Positions 1-9,854 of a stretch of 64,000 nucleotides of DNA are shown here, one piece after another (the first letter of the stretch is position 1; every line of letters starts with the position of its first letter). The translations under genes were made by a program, and so were the position numbers. The stretch spans positions 448,001-512,000 of the forward strand of contig CAWDVE010000010.1 in NCBI GenBank assembly GCA_963805625.1, given 5' to 3'. The stretch comes from an uncultured Candidatus Rokubacteria bacterium (lineage in GTDB: Bacteria > Methylomirabilota > Methylomirabilia > Rokubacteriales > DASRDR01). The notes below the pieces were generated by a model. That model ran no database searches. It was not told the origin of the DNA and saw nothing but the letters and a program-made list of their open reading frames with translations.

Positions 1-1178
1 TCCCGGGATCGCTCACCTACTTCAACCTCGGCGGCATCATCAGCCGGGTGCTGAACCGAGGTTCGCAGAACCCGCTCGAGGTCGAGGTGCTGGGGTATGA
101 CCTCGACGATGCGCCGGGAGTGGCCCGCGAGGTGGCCCGGGTCATGCGCGACACACCGGGCGTTGCCGACGTCCAGGTGAGCCGGGAGGGCAACTACCCG
201 CAGTTCAGCGTCGTGGTCGATCGCGAGAAGGCCGCGACCGCGGGACTGAGCCAGCGCGACGTCGCGCAGGCGGCGCTCTTCTCCCTGAACTCGAACGTGA
301 GCGTCAATCCCTCGATCTTCACGGATCCGCGCAGCGGGAACCAGTACAACATCGTGGTGCAGCTCGATGAGCCCTTCCGCGTGCGGCCCGAGGATCTCGG
401 GAAGATCTTCGTCACCGCTCCCGCCGGCCGTCCGATCGTGCTCTCAACCATCGCCGACATCCGGCGGAGCGTCGCTCCGGTCGAGATCGAGCGGAAGTAC
501 CAGCAGCGGCTGATTCGCGTGTCCGGGAACCCGGCCGGCCGCGACCTCGGGGCCATCTCCGACGACATCGAGCAGCGTCTCGCAACCATCCAGATGCCGT
601 CCGGCTTCATGGTCCAGATGGGCGGCCAGACCGCGCAGCAGCGCGAGGCGTTCTCCAGTCTGGCGTTCATGATTGTTCTGGCGTTGATGCTCGTCTATAT
701 GGTCATGGCGTCCCAGTTCCGCTCGCTCAAAGACCCCTTCATCATCATGTTCTCGGTGCCGATGGGTCTCATCGGCGTTATCCTCGCCCTGTTCCTGACC
801 CGGACCACCCTCTCGACCACCTCCTTCATGGGCGTCATCATGATGGTCGGGATCGTGGTCTCGAACGGGGTGCTCCTGGTGGAATACACGAACGAGCTGA
901 GACGTCGCGGCATGCCGCTCGGTGAAGCGGTCGTGCGGGCCGGCAGGACGCGGCTTCGCCCGATCCTGATGACCAGCCTGGCCACGGTGTTCGGTTTGAT
1001 GCCGATGGCGCTGGGCTGGCTGGTCGGGGGCGAAGCGAATGCGCCACTGGCCCGGGCCGTCATCGGGGGTCTCATCGTCTCGACCGGGCTCACGCTCGTC
1101 CTGATCCCCACGCTCTACACGATGCTCGAGGAGCGCTTCCCAAGACATCTCGCGCTCGAAGAGGAGGGCGCGGCCTGA
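1..1178 (+). CDS. RND efflux transporter permease (AcrB/CzcA family), 5'-truncated by window edge
   Basis: C-terminal RND motifs 'YMVMASQFRSLKDPFIIMFSVP', 'GIVVSNGVLLVE', 'RLRPILMTSLAT..GLMP', 'PLARAVIGGL'; frame open to the window start. Confidence 0.93.
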   Translation, partial: PGSLTYFNLGGIISRVLNRGSQNPLEVEVLGYDLDDAPGVAREVARVMRDTPGVADVQVSREGNYPQFSVVVDREKAATAGLSQRDVAQAALFSLNSNVSVNPSIFTDPRSGNQYNIVVQLDEPFRVRPEDLGKIFVTAPAGRPIVLSTIADIRRSVAPVEIERKYQQRLIRVSGNPAGRDLGAISDDIEQRLATIQMPSGFMVQMGGQTAQQREAFSSLAFMIVLALMLVYMVMASQFRSLKDPFIIMFSVPMGLIGVILALFLTRTTLSTTSFMGVIMMVGIVVSNGVLLVEYTNELRRRGMPLGEAVVRAGRTRLRPILMTSLATVFGLMPMALGWLVGGEANAPLARAVIGGLIVSTGLTLVLIPTLYTMLEERFPRHLALEEEGAA

Positions 1179-1240
1179 GCCTCCGGCCAGGCCTCTGCGC
1201 GCCCCGGGCTGTGCACCTCGACAAGGGAGAGTCCGAACCG

Positions 1241-2635
1241 ATGCGCACCAGAGCATCCCGCGCCGCGCCGGGCCTCGGTCTCGCGCTGGCGCTTGGCCTG
1301 ATCGCCACCGTACCCGCGTGGGCCCAGACCTCCACCCCCGCTGCGCCCGCCGCCCCGACTCCGGCGACTCCGCCGGCCACACCGCCTCGCGCGGGGTCGG
1401 CGACCGCGCCGCTCCGGCTCACGCTCACGGAGGCAACCACCCTGGCGCTTCGCCAGCAGCCCACCATCCGCTCCGCCCAGGGATCTCTCACGGCGGCGCA
1501 GGCGCGGGTCCCGCAGGCCAAGTCGTTCTACTTCCCGCGCTTCGACCTCCAGACGGGGATTCAGACCAGCGAGTTCCAGAGCGCCACGACGAACAATCGC
1601 CAGCGGAGCGAGAGTACCTTCGCCACCATCGTGGGGCGCCAGCTCATCTACGACTTCGGAAAGACGGCGGCGCTCGTGGACGAGGCGCAGGCGGGAAGCC
1701 GGGTCGCGTCGGGCGAGCTCGAGCGGGTGCGCGACCTGGTGGTCCAGAACGTGCGCCAGTCGTACTTCAACCTCCTCCAGGCCCGGCGGCTCGTCGGGGT
1801 GGCGGACGCCGCGCTGGCCCGCTCCGAGCTGAACCTCCGGAGCGCCCGGGGCTTCTTCGACGTCGGCACCAAGCCGAAGTCCGATGTGACCAAGGCCGAG
1901 GTCGAGGTGGCGAACGCGCGCGTCGACGTGATCCGTGCCCGTAACCTCGTCCGGTTCACGGAGACCAGCCTGGCCAACGCCCTCGGTCTCGAAGCGACGG
2001 TGCCCATCGAGATCGACGACATCCTGACCTACGAGCCCGTGACGCTGGACTCGGCGCAGCTCCTGGCGGAGGCCCTCGGCAACCGGCCCGAGCTTCGGCA
2101 GTCCCAGTCGCGGCTGGACGCGGCCCGCGCCCAGCTCGCCGGCGCCCGTGCGCGATACCTCCCCGATCTCACGGTCAACGGGAGCGCGGGCATGTCCAGC
2201 GACGACGCGGTGGTTTCCACGGACGGGGTCTCCAGCGTGGCATTTGCCGACACCTGGTCGATCACCGGGCAGCTGACGTGGAACCTGTTCGAGGGGTTCT
2301 TCACGCAGAACCGGGTGAAGGAGACCCAGGCCCTCGTCGAGACCGCCCGGGCGAACTACGACAGCGTGGAGCTCCAGGTTCGGCTGGAGGTGGAGCAGGC
2401 CTACATCGCGGTGGTCGAGGCCGCCGAGCGGTTCGGGGCCACGGAGAAGGCGGTCGAATCCGCGCAGGAGAACCTCCGGCTGGCCCAGGGCCGCTACGAC
2501 GCCGGGGTGGGGACCATCCTGGAGCTGACCGAGGCGCAGCTGTCGCTGACGAATGCCGAGGCGGACAGCGTCCGGGCCGTCACCGACTTCCGAGTCGGGC
2601 TCGCGGTCCTCGACCGGGTCGTCGGCCGCCCGTAG
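1241..2635 (+). CDS. TolC-family outer membrane efflux protein
   Basis: Signal peptide ending AWA-Q; two OEP repeats ('YFPRFDL', 'YLPDLTV'); 'RYDAGVGTILELTEAQ'; ATG at 1241. Confidence 0.92.
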   Translation: MRTRASRAAPGLGLALALGLIATVPAWAQTSTPAAPAAPTPATPPATPPRAGSATAPLRLTLTEATTLALRQQPTIRSAQGSLTAAQARVPQAKSFYFPRFDLQTGIQTSEFQSATTNNRQRSESTFATIVGRQLIYDFGKTAALVDEAQAGSRVASGELERVRDLVVQNVRQSYFNLLQARRLVGVADAALARSELNLRSARGFFDVGTKPKSDVTKAEVEVANARVDVIRARNLVRFTETSLANALGLEATVPIEIDDILTYEPVTLDSAQLLAEALGNRPELRQSQSRLDAARAQLAGARARYLPDLTVNGSAGMSSDDAVVSTDGVSSVAFADTWSITGQLTWNLFEGFFTQNRVKETQALVETARANYDSVELQVRLEVEQAYIAVVEAAERFGATEKAVESAQENLRLAQGRYDAGVGTILELTEAQLSLTNAEADSVRAVTDFRVGLAVLDRVVGRP

Positions 2636-2720
2636 GGCCCCGCCTGGGGTGGCGAACACCCCCCTGCCCGCTCGCGTCCAAGATGCTGTGGCGAAGGCAC
2701 CGGGTGCGACAATGAGAGGG

Positions 2721-4559
2721 ATGGGGCGGCGGGGCCTTCTCGTGCTGGTCGTCGTCGTGATCTTGGCGGCCGTCGCCATGGCGGGGTACGTCTTCTCGAC
2801 GAGCCGCACGCCGGTGACCCGGTTCCGGACGATGACGGTGGATCGCGGCACGATCGTCGCCACCGTCTCGGCGACCGGCGCCCTGGCGGCCGTGACCACG
2901 GTCCAGGTGGGGAGCCAGGTGTCCGGCCAGATCCGCGAGGTCCTGGTCGACTTCAATTCCCTAGTCCGCCGGAATCAACTGATCGCCCGCATCGATCCGG
3001 ACGTCTTCCAGGCGAAGCTGAACGCCGCCACCGCCGACCTCGAGAGTGCCCAGGCGCAGGTGCTCAACCAGCGCGCCAACGTCGAGAAGGTGCGCGCGGA
3101 CGTCGAGAACGCCCGGGCCGCCGCCGCGACGGCGGAGGCCAACGTCGAGCGCATGCGGGCCGACGTCGAGAACGCCCGGGCGGTCATCGCCACGGCCCAG
3201 GCCAACGTGACCCGGGACGCCGCGACCACCAGCAACGCGCGCCTGGAATTGGACCGCCGGATGGACCTTGCCCGCCAGGAGCTCATCTCGAAGAGCGAGC
3301 GCGACCAGGCCCAGATGGCCTTCGACACCGCCCAGGCGCAGCTCGAAGCGACCCGGGCCCAGGAGCGCGCCGGTCAGGCGTCGCTCCGATCGTCCCTGGC
3401 GCAGCTCGTGGCGGGCGAGTCCCAGGTGCGGGCCGCGAAGGCCCAGGTGGCCTCGGCGCAGGCCACGCTCCAGGTCGCGGAGGCCCAGCTCAAGGCGGCG
3501 GACGCGACCGTCCGCCAGAAGCAGGCCGCGCTCGAGCAGACGCGGCTCGACCTCGTCCACACCGAGATCCGGGCGCCGGTCGACGGCGTGGTGGTGTCGC
3601 GAACCATCGACCCCGGCCAGACGGTCGCGGCGAGCCTCCAGGCGCCGACTCTCTTCACGATCGCCCAGGACCTCACCCGGATGCAGGTCGAGGCGGCGGT
3701 GGACGAGGCCGACGTCGGGCGCCTACGCGAAGGTATGAGCGCGGTGTTCACGGTCGACGCCTTCCCGGGCCGGACGTTCCGCGGCGAGATCTCCCAGATC
3801 CGCAAGGCCGCCCAGGTCGTGCAGAACGTGGTCAGCTACACGACGGTCATCACCGTACCCAACCCCGATCGCACGCTCCTCCCCGGCATGACGGCAAACG
3901 TGCGCGTTCAGGTCGACCGGCGCGAGGACACGCTCCGGGTGGCCAACGCGGCGCTCCGGTTCCGGCCGCCCGCGGACAGCGGAGCCGAGCCGGCCGCCGC
4001 GCCGCGGGCTCGCACCGGCGCCGACGATCCGGGCGGGCGGGGACAGGCCGGGGGGACGAGCGCTCCGGCCGGCGGCGCATCAGGCGGTGGCGGTGGCCTC
4101 CGCGAGATGCGGGCTACGCTCGTGCGGGATCTCGCGCTCACCCCGGAGCAGCAGACGAAGGTCGACGCGATCTTCGAGGAGGCCCGCCAGGCGTTCGCGG
4201 CTGCGCGAACCCAGGCGGGCGATGACAAGGCGGCGGGCTCGCAGCGGCGGCGCGCCCGGACCGAGATCCGCGAGAAGATCCGGGCGATCCTGACGCCCGA
4301 CCAGCAGAAGCGATTCGACGCCGCCCTGCCCGTCCAGGACGGCGCGGCGGCGCCGGCCGCCACGGCGGCGCGCGTCTACGTCCCGGGCCCGGACGGAAAG
4401 CCTCAGGCCGTCGCCATCATGGTGGGGCTGTCGGACGGTACCTACTCAGAGGTCGTCTCCGGCGAGATCAAGGCGGGCCAGGACGTCTTCGTGGGCACGC
4501 CGTCCGGCGGTGCGGGGCGCTCCGCGGCCCCATCGGGCGGCCCGCGCCTCCGTCTGTGA
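2721..4559 (+). CDS. MacA/HlyD-family periplasmic adaptor with extended hairpin and LTXXQ-like insert
   Basis: N-terminal TM anchor; '[11 protein letters not shown]', 'IRAPVDGVV', '[14 protein letters not shown]', 'LLPGMTANV'. Start 2721 preferred (2712 also in frame). Confidence 0.9.
   Translation: MGRRGLLVLVVVVILAAVAMAGYVFSTSRTPVTRFRTMTVDRGTIVATVSATGALAAVTTVQVGSQVSGQIREVLVDFNSLVRRNQLIARIDPDVFQAKLNAATADLESAQAQVLNQRANVEKVRADVENARAAAATAEANVERMRADVENARAVIATAQANVTRDAATTSNARLELDRRMDLARQELISKSERDQAQMAFDTAQAQLEATRAQERAGQASLRSSLAQLVAGESQVRAAKAQVASAQATLQVAEAQLKAADATVRQKQAALEQTRLDLVHTEIRAPVDGVVVSRTIDPGQTVAASLQAPTLFTIAQDLTRMQVEAAVDEADVGRLREGMSAVFTVDAFPGRTFRGEISQIRKAAQVVQNVVSYTTVITVPNPDRTLLPGMTANVRVQVDRREDTLRVANAALRFRPPADSGAEPAAAPRARTGADDPGGRGQAGGTSAPAGGASGGGGGLREMRATLVRDLALTPEQQTKVDAIFEEARQAFAAARTQAGDDKAAGSQRRRARTEIREKIRAILTPDQQKRFDAALPVQDGAAAPAATAARVYVPGPDGKPQAVAIMVGLSDGTYSEVVSGEIKAGQDVFVGTPSGGAGRSAAPSGGPRLRL
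3075..3200 (+). repeat. Two imperfect 63-bp (21-aa) tandem units in the adaptor coiled coil
   Basis: [21 protein letters not shown] / [21 protein letters not shown]; gccaacgt recurs at 3075, 3138 and 3201. Confidence 0.8.
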
Positions 4560-4563
4560 TGCG

Positions 4564-5319
4564 ATGACTCCCACGGCGGGCCCGGCTCTGGTCGAGGTCC
4601 GCGACCTCGTGAAGACCTACCAGCTGGGCGAGCACCAGGTCCTGGCTCTCCGCGGCGTCAGCCTCGACATCGCGGCCGGGGAGTTCGTGGCGGTCATGGG
4701 GCCGTCCGGCTCCGGGAAGTCCACCTTCATGAACCTCCTCGGCTGCCTCGACACCCCGACCGCTGGAGCCTACCGACTCGACGGCGACGACGTGTCGACG
4801 CTGTCGCGGGATGCCCTGGCAGCCATCCGCAACCTGAAGCTCGGCTTCGTGTTCCAGACGTTCAACCTCCTCCCGCGGATGACCGCGCTCGAGAACGTGG
4901 AGCTGCCCCTCCTCTACGGCGCCACCAGCGCCCGCGAGCGGCACGATCGGGCTCTCGCGCGGCTTCGCGACGTGGGGCTCGAGAGCCGCGCGTCGCACCG
5001 GCCGAGCCAGCTCTCGGGCGGGCAGCAGCAGCGCGTCGCGATCGCGCGCGCCCTCGTCAACGAGCCCCGGCTCATCCTGGCCGACGAGCCCACGGGGAAC
5101 CTCGACACGCGCACGAGCGTGGAGATCATGGCGATCCTCCAGCGGATGAACCGCCGCGGGATCACGATCGTGCTGGTCACCCACGAGGACGACATCGCCA
5201 AGTTCGCGTCGCGCATCGTCGCGTTCCGGGATGGGCGCCTCCGCTCGGACACGCCGGTCGCGGCTCCCGCCGACGCCGAGGCGGTGCTGCCGACGCTCGG
5301 CGAGGAGGTGGCCGCGTGA
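4564..5319 (+). CDS. ABC transporter ATP-binding protein (MacB/LolD type)
   Basis: Walker A GPSGSGKS, signature [30 protein letters not shown]. Confidence 0.95.
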   Translation: MTPTAGPALVEVRDLVKTYQLGEHQVLALRGVSLDIAAGEFVAVMGPSGSGKSTFMNLLGCLDTPTAGAYRLDGDDVSTLSRDALAAIRNLKLGFVFQTFNLLPRMTALENVELPLLYGATSARERHDRALARLRDVGLESRASHRPSQLSGGQQQRVAIARALVNEPRLILADEPTGNLDTRTSVEIMAILQRMNRRGITIVLVTHEDDIAKFASRIVAFRDGRLRSDTPVAAPADAEAVLPTLGEEVAA

Positions 5320-6548
5320 AGGCCTGGGCAGCGGTGCGGATGGCGCTCGCCTCGCTTCGCGTCAACAAGCTCCGGACCGCCCTCACCATGCTCGGCATCG
5401 TCATCGGGGTCTCCGCCGTCATCGCGATGGTGTCGGTCGGCGCGGGCGCTCAGCAGCGGATCGCTGACCAGATCCGGTCCATGGGCTCGAACCTCGTCGT
5501 GGTCTTCCCGGGGGCCCAGACCTCCGGGGGTATCCGCTGGGGCCTCGGCAGCCAGCAGACCCTGACCGAGGAGGACGCGCGGGCGATCGCCCTCGAGGTG
5601 CCCGCGGTGGATGTCGCGGCGCCCTCGGTGCGCGGGTCCGCTCAGACGGTCTTCGGCAACCTCAACTGGTCGACCGTGATCCAGGGGGTGACCCCCGACT
5701 ACGTGGAGGCGCGCGAGTGGGGCATGGCGAGCGGCCGGATGCTCGGGGCCCAGGACGTGGACGGGGCGGCGAAGGTCGCCGTCCTCGGGGAGACCGTCTG
5801 GCACAGCCTGTTCGGGGACAGCGATCCCATCGGGGAGACGATCCGGATCAAGAAGGTCCCGTTCACGGTGATCGGGGTCCTCGAGCCGAAGGGCCAGTCC
5901 GCGTTCGGCCAGGACCAAGACGACCTGGTCCTGATTCCGCTGTCCACGGCCAAGAAGAAGGTCCTGGGCTCCAATCGGTCCAATCCCCGCTCGGTCGGAA
6001 CGATCACCGTGCGCGTGCGGTCGGCGGATCTCATGGCCGAGGGCGAGGAGCAGATCCGCGCCATCTTGCGGCAGCGCCACCGGCTGCAGGCGGGCCAGGA
6101 CGACGACTTCCAGGTCCGGGTCCTCGCCGAGATGTTCGCAGCCCAGGAAGAATCGGCCCGGGTCATGACGATGCTGCTGGCGGCGATCGCTTCCGTCTCA
6201 CTCCTGGTCGGCGGCATCGGCATCATGAACATCATGCTCGTGTCAGTGACCGAGCGGACCCGCGAGATCGGGCTCCGGATGGCCGTCGGGGCGCGTGGGC
6301 GGGACATCCTCGCTCAGTTCCTGGTGGAGGCCGTGACCCTGTCGGCGGTCGGCGGGATCATGGGCGTCGGGATCGGCGTCCTGGTCTCGGCCGTCATCGC
6401 CAACCTGGCCGAGTGGTCGACGGACATCTCGGTCCAGGCGGTCGCCTTGGCGTTCGCCTTCGCCGGAGCGGTGGGCGTGTTCTTCGGCTTCTATCCCGCG
6501 CAGAAGGCGTCGCGGCTCGATCCGATCGAGGCCCTCCGCTACGAGTGA
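5316..6548 (+). CDS. MacB-family ABC permease
   Basis: '[14 protein letters not shown]', '[21 protein letters not shown]', C-terminal '[10 protein letters not shown]'; GTGA overlap with the ATPase. Confidence 0.95.
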   Translation: MKAWAAVRMALASLRVNKLRTALTMLGIVIGVSAVIAMVSVGAGAQQRIADQIRSMGSNLVVVFPGAQTSGGIRWGLGSQQTLTEEDARAIALEVPAVDVAAPSVRGSAQTVFGNLNWSTVIQGVTPDYVEAREWGMASGRMLGAQDVDGAAKVAVLGETVWHSLFGDSDPIGETIRIKKVPFTVIGVLEPKGQSAFGQDQDDLVLIPLSTAKKKVLGSNRSNPRSVGTITVRVRSADLMAEGEEQIRAILRQRHRLQAGQDDDFQVRVLAEMFAAQEESARVMTMLLAAIASVSLLVGGIGIMNIMLVSVTERTREIGLRMAVGARGRDILAQFLVEAVTLSAVGGIMGVGIGVLVSAVIANLAEWSTDISVQAVALAFAFAGAVGVFFGFYPAQKASRLDPIEALRYE

Positions 6549-6963
6549 GCCCCGCCCTGGAGCGAGCTTTGAGCTCGATCCGGTATCCGTCCGGGTCCTG
6601 GATGTAGAGCGAATCACCATCCCCGAAGGCCCCGCGCCGGGGCACGACATCCCCCTCGACCGTGACGCCTCGTTGCCGGAGCCACGTCGCGAGGCGCGAG
6701 AGATCGGGGCACCGGATGGACAGGCATACGTGGTCCATCCGGGCCGAGGGCGCGGCGGTCTCGCCGGCGGCCAGCGGGAGCAGGTCGATCAGGTGCCGCC
6801 CGGCCCGGAGCTGGATGAGGCGGGCGCGCTCGTTCACGTGGTCGAGGCGTAGCCCCAGGATGGTCGTGTAGAAGCGCTGGGAGGCCGCCTGGTCCCGCAC
6901 GCGCAGGACGACGTGGTCCAGCTCCAGGATCTCGAGAGGCGGGCGCTCGGACGGCTCTGTCAT
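6394..6963 (-). CDS. VOC/glyoxalase family protein
   Basis: 'LDHVVLRV..FY..ILG', 'DHVCL', 'SLYIQDPDGYRIEL'; 3' end runs 155 nt into the permease gene. Confidence 0.85.
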   Translation of the reverse strand: MTEPSERPPLEILELDHVVLRVRDQAASQRFYTTILGLRLDHVNERARLIQLRAGRHLIDLLPLAAGETAAPSARMDHVCLSIRCPDLSRLATWLRQRGVTVEGDVVPRRGAFGDGDSLYIQDPDGYRIELKARSRAGLTRSGGPRSDRAATPSARDRSRRTRPPLRRRRTPRRPPGPRCPSTTRPGWR

Positions 6964-6967
6964 TGCG

Positions 6968-7516
6968 TCAGAAGGGTCGTTTCGGTGGTGGGTTGGCCGA
7001 GATTCTCTCCGAGACCACTCGAGAGGCCGAGTCCAGCCGCCCCTGGCCGGCTCGGTCGCCCGCGGCCGTTCCGAGGTGGAGTGCCAGGGCGATGGCCCCT
7101 GTGAGAAAGATGGTGATGTTAACGGCCACGGCCCGCCGGTGGAGCCGCGAGAACTCGAGGGGGGCGAGGTCCCCGGCCGGCGCCGCCTGGGCGCGGAGGC
7201 GGGCCGCGTGGGCCTCCGGGAGGAGCACGTGCCCCGCGTACACCGTGCCGATCAGGGTCAGCGCCAGCAGCGCCACCGTGCCCCAGCGGAGCGGCGTAGG
7301 CTCCCGGAGGGCGAGAACCAGAACGAGCGCGAGCGCCATCGCGATGGTGGTGAGCCCGAAGCCGTAGTACCCGGGGAAGACCCCTTCCATAACCCGCGCC
7401 GCCACGGGTCGGTCGACCACGCGGAAGGTGGCCGGCGCCACGAGGAAGGACAGGAAGACCTGCACCCCGAGGCCCGCTCCGAGGAGGGCGGTCGCGAGAC
7501 CGTGGACGAGTCTCAT
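6968..7516 (-). CDS. DUF4149/TMEM205-like membrane protein
   Basis: Four hydrophobic helices; 'SFLVAPATF', 'VFPGYY', 'FSRLHRRAV..N'. Confidence 0.75.
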   Translation of the reverse strand: MRLVHGLATALLGAGLGVQVFLSFLVAPATFRVVDRPVAARVMEGVFPGYYGFGLTTIAMALALVLVLALREPTPLRWGTVALLALTLIGTVYAGHVLLPEAHAARLRAQAAPAGDLAPLEFSRLHRRAVAVNITIFLTGAIALALHLGTAAGDRAGQGRLDSASRVVSERISANPPPKRPF

Positions 7517-7692
7517 CTCGATGCGATGATCCGGGTCAGTGTGCGTGGTTGTCAAGGCGCGCCGGCGGATGGCGCGCCGGCCGATGGTGCCCAGTCCAGG
7601 CGCGGCGTTCGCAAAACCCAGGAAGGCCGTGCCGCCACACTCGTCGCTCTCCCCTGGCACCGGCTGCGAGCGCCGAGGTACCATCGGCGTCC

Positions 7693-8421
7693 ATGCGCCC
7701 ACCCCGCTCTCGCGCGCGGTCCTTCCCGAAGCCTGGCTGGCTCGCCGCGGCCCTCCGCGCCCCCATGTCATCCGAGGAGATCGGCGCCGTGATCCGGACG
7801 CTCCGGGGCCAGGCGTCATCCTGGCGGCCGACGGCGGTGGCCGAAGTCGCCTCGGAGCAACCGGATCCGTTCCGGGTCCTCGTCGCGTGCCTTCTCTCGC
7901 TCCGGACCCAGGACGCGACCACCCGCGAGGCCTCCGAGCGCCTCTTCCGCGTCGCGGACACGCCGGAGGCGATGCTGCGCCTGCCCGCTGCCCGGATCGC
8001 GCGGCTGATCTTTCCCGTGGGCTTCTACCGGACGAAGGCGCGGGTGATCCGGACGATCTGTCGGGACCTCCTCGAGCGCTTCGGCGGCCGGGTGCCCGAC
8101 GATCTCGACGCCCTCCTCACTCTCAAGGGCATCGGACGAAAGACCGCAAACCTCGTGGTCACCGTCGGCTTCGACAAGCCCGGCATCTGCGTCGACATCC
8201 ACGTCCACCGCATCTCGAATCGCCTCGGGTTCGTGCGGACCAAGGCGCCGGACCAGACGGAGCTGGCGCTTCGCGCGAAGCTTCCTCGTCGCTACTGGAT
8301 CGGCTACAACGACCTCCTGGTGGCCTTCGGGCAGAACGTGTGCCGGCCGCTCTCGCCTCATTGCTCCCGCTGTCCCGTGGCCCGCTGGTGTCGGCGGGTG
8401 GGTGTCGGCCGGGCTCGCTGA
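7693..8421 (+). CDS. nth: Endonuclease III (HhH-GPD glycosylase/AP lyase)
   Basis: 'DPFRVLVACLLSLRTQD', HhH 'LKGIGRKTANL', 'VDIHVHRISNRLG', C-x6-C-x2-C-x5-C cluster. Start 7693 (TACCAT 8 nt upstream) or 7765. Confidence 0.95.
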   Translation: MRPPRSRARSFPKPGWLAAALRAPMSSEEIGAVIRTLRGQASSWRPTAVAEVASEQPDPFRVLVACLLSLRTQDATTREASERLFRVADTPEAMLRLPAARIARLIFPVGFYRTKARVIRTICRDLLERFGGRVPDDLDALLTLKGIGRKTANLVVTVGFDKPGICVDIHVHRISNRLGFVRTKAPDQTELALRAKLPRRYWIGYNDLLVAFGQNVCRPLSPHCSRCPVARWCRRVGVGRAR

Positions 8422-8440
8422 GTCAGGCGAACTCGCGTCG

Positions 8441-9589
8441 ATGAGGTCTCCGGCGATTCAGGTTGTCCGCGCCGTCCTGCTGGGCCTCCTTCCGGTGGCG
8501 CTGGCGGCAGGACTGTGGCAGGTGGAGCGGGATCGCCCGCTCTGGCTCACGCGCAGCGTGTCGCCAGTCCCGCACGCCGTTACGGGGCGGCCCCCGACCC
8601 TGCCGCGCCTCGTCCTCGCTGTCCACTATCCCTGGTACGGGACCCCCGCGGGGCCGACGGGCCGCTGGCGACACTGGAACCATGCGCGGCTGGAGATGCC
8701 CCAGGCGCGGATCCGCGGCTTCCACGATCCCCATCGCGAGACCGAAGCCGGGCGGCTCGACATCGGCGCGAGCCACTACCCCGCGGGCGGGCCGTACGAC
8801 AGCCTAGACCCTGCCCGGATCCGTACCCAGTTTGCCTTGGCCCGAGAGGCGGGGCTGGACGGCTTCCTGGTGTCCTGGTGGGGCCGCGAGAGCGAGGAGG
8901 CGCTGGGTCTTGCCGCGCTCTTCCGTGACGCCGGCGGGGCCGGCCTGGTCCTGGCGCCCTACTACGAGACGGGAGAGCTCTGGCGCCGGGGTGCCGCGGG
9001 CGTGGCGGCGGACCTGGCGAGCCTCCTGGACCGTCACGGGCGCGAGCCCGCCTGGCTCCGCGTCGCCGGCGTCCCCGTGGTGTTTCTCTACGCGTCGCAC
9101 CGGCTGCGACCTCGGGTGTGGGATGCGGTGCGCGCACGGCTCGCCGCGGAGGGCCGGCGGCTCTTCCTGGTCGCCGACGCACCGACTCCGGACTGGCTGG
9201 CCGCGCGGCCCGCCTGGCTCCAGCGCTTCGACGCCCTTCACGTGTACACGCCGGTCGTGTGGCTCTCGCGGGGCCGGGACGTGGGTGTCGCGTACCGGGC
9301 CCTCGGCGACCTCGCGCGTGGGGCCGGGCGGCCTTTCATTCCCGCAGTCGCGCCCGGGTTTGACGACCGCCAGGTGCGAACGCCAGGCACCGTGGTGGAT
9401 CGCGCCGATGGCACGACCTACGACCGGAACTGGGAGGCAGCCCTCTCGATCGATCCTCCGTGGATCCTCGTCTCGAGCTGGAACGAATGGCACGAGGGCA
9501 GCGAGATCGAGCCGAGCGTCGAGCACGGGCGCCGGTACATCGACGTGACGCGCGCCTGGGCCGAGCGCTTTCGCCGGAGCGGACCCTGA
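8441..9589 (+). CDS. Glycoside hydrolase family 99-like endo-mannosidase/mannanase, membrane-anchored
   Basis: 'HYPWYG', 'YP..GPYDS.DP', 'VSWWG', 'PGFDD', 'SSWNEWHEGSEIEP'; N-terminal hydrophobic segment. Confidence 0.82.
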   Translation: MRSPAIQVVRAVLLGLLPVALAAGLWQVERDRPLWLTRSVSPVPHAVTGRPPTLPRLVLAVHYPWYGTPAGPTGRWRHWNHARLEMPQARIRGFHDPHRETEAGRLDIGASHYPAGGPYDSLDPARIRTQFALAREAGLDGFLVSWWGRESEEALGLAALFRDAGGAGLVLAPYYETGELWRRGAAGVAADLASLLDRHGREPAWLRVAGVPVVFLYASHRLRPRVWDAVRARLAAEGRRLFLVADAPTPDWLAARPAWLQRFDALHVYTPVVWLSRGRDVGVAYRALGDLARGAGRPFIPAVAPGFDDRQVRTPGTVVDRADGTTYDRNWEAALSIDPPWILVSSWNEWHEGSEIEPSVEHGRRYIDVTRAWAERFRRSGP

Positions 9590-9639
9590 TCTACGCCACC
9601 AGCCTCTGACGCTCGCTTGATCGTCGAACCTGCTCGATG

Positions 9640-9840
9640 GAGGGGGAGTCCGCGAGTACCTCGGGGGGAAGGAGGAACGCATCCAGCGCTGCAACGAACC
9701 CCGGAGGGGGTGGGTGGCTGTCTCGGCGTTCTGGTATCAGGTGTCGCGTACCAAGCCCGAGTGCGACTACCGACGCTGGCTGCGGAAGGAGAGCCTCGTG
9801 ACGAAGGTCGGGTATTCGATCTTTGTGTTTTGGGCTGAGC
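9640..9840 (+). pseudogene. Possible 3' fragment of a membrane glycosyltransferase (ArnT/PMT-like)
   Basis: Frame reads 'PRRGWVAVSAFWYQ...YRRWLRKESLVTKVGYSIFVF', resembling C-termini of such proteins; no N-terminal part; visibly more AT-rich than flanks. Confidence 0.35.
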
Positions 9841-9854
9841 AGATTCGCCTGGGG

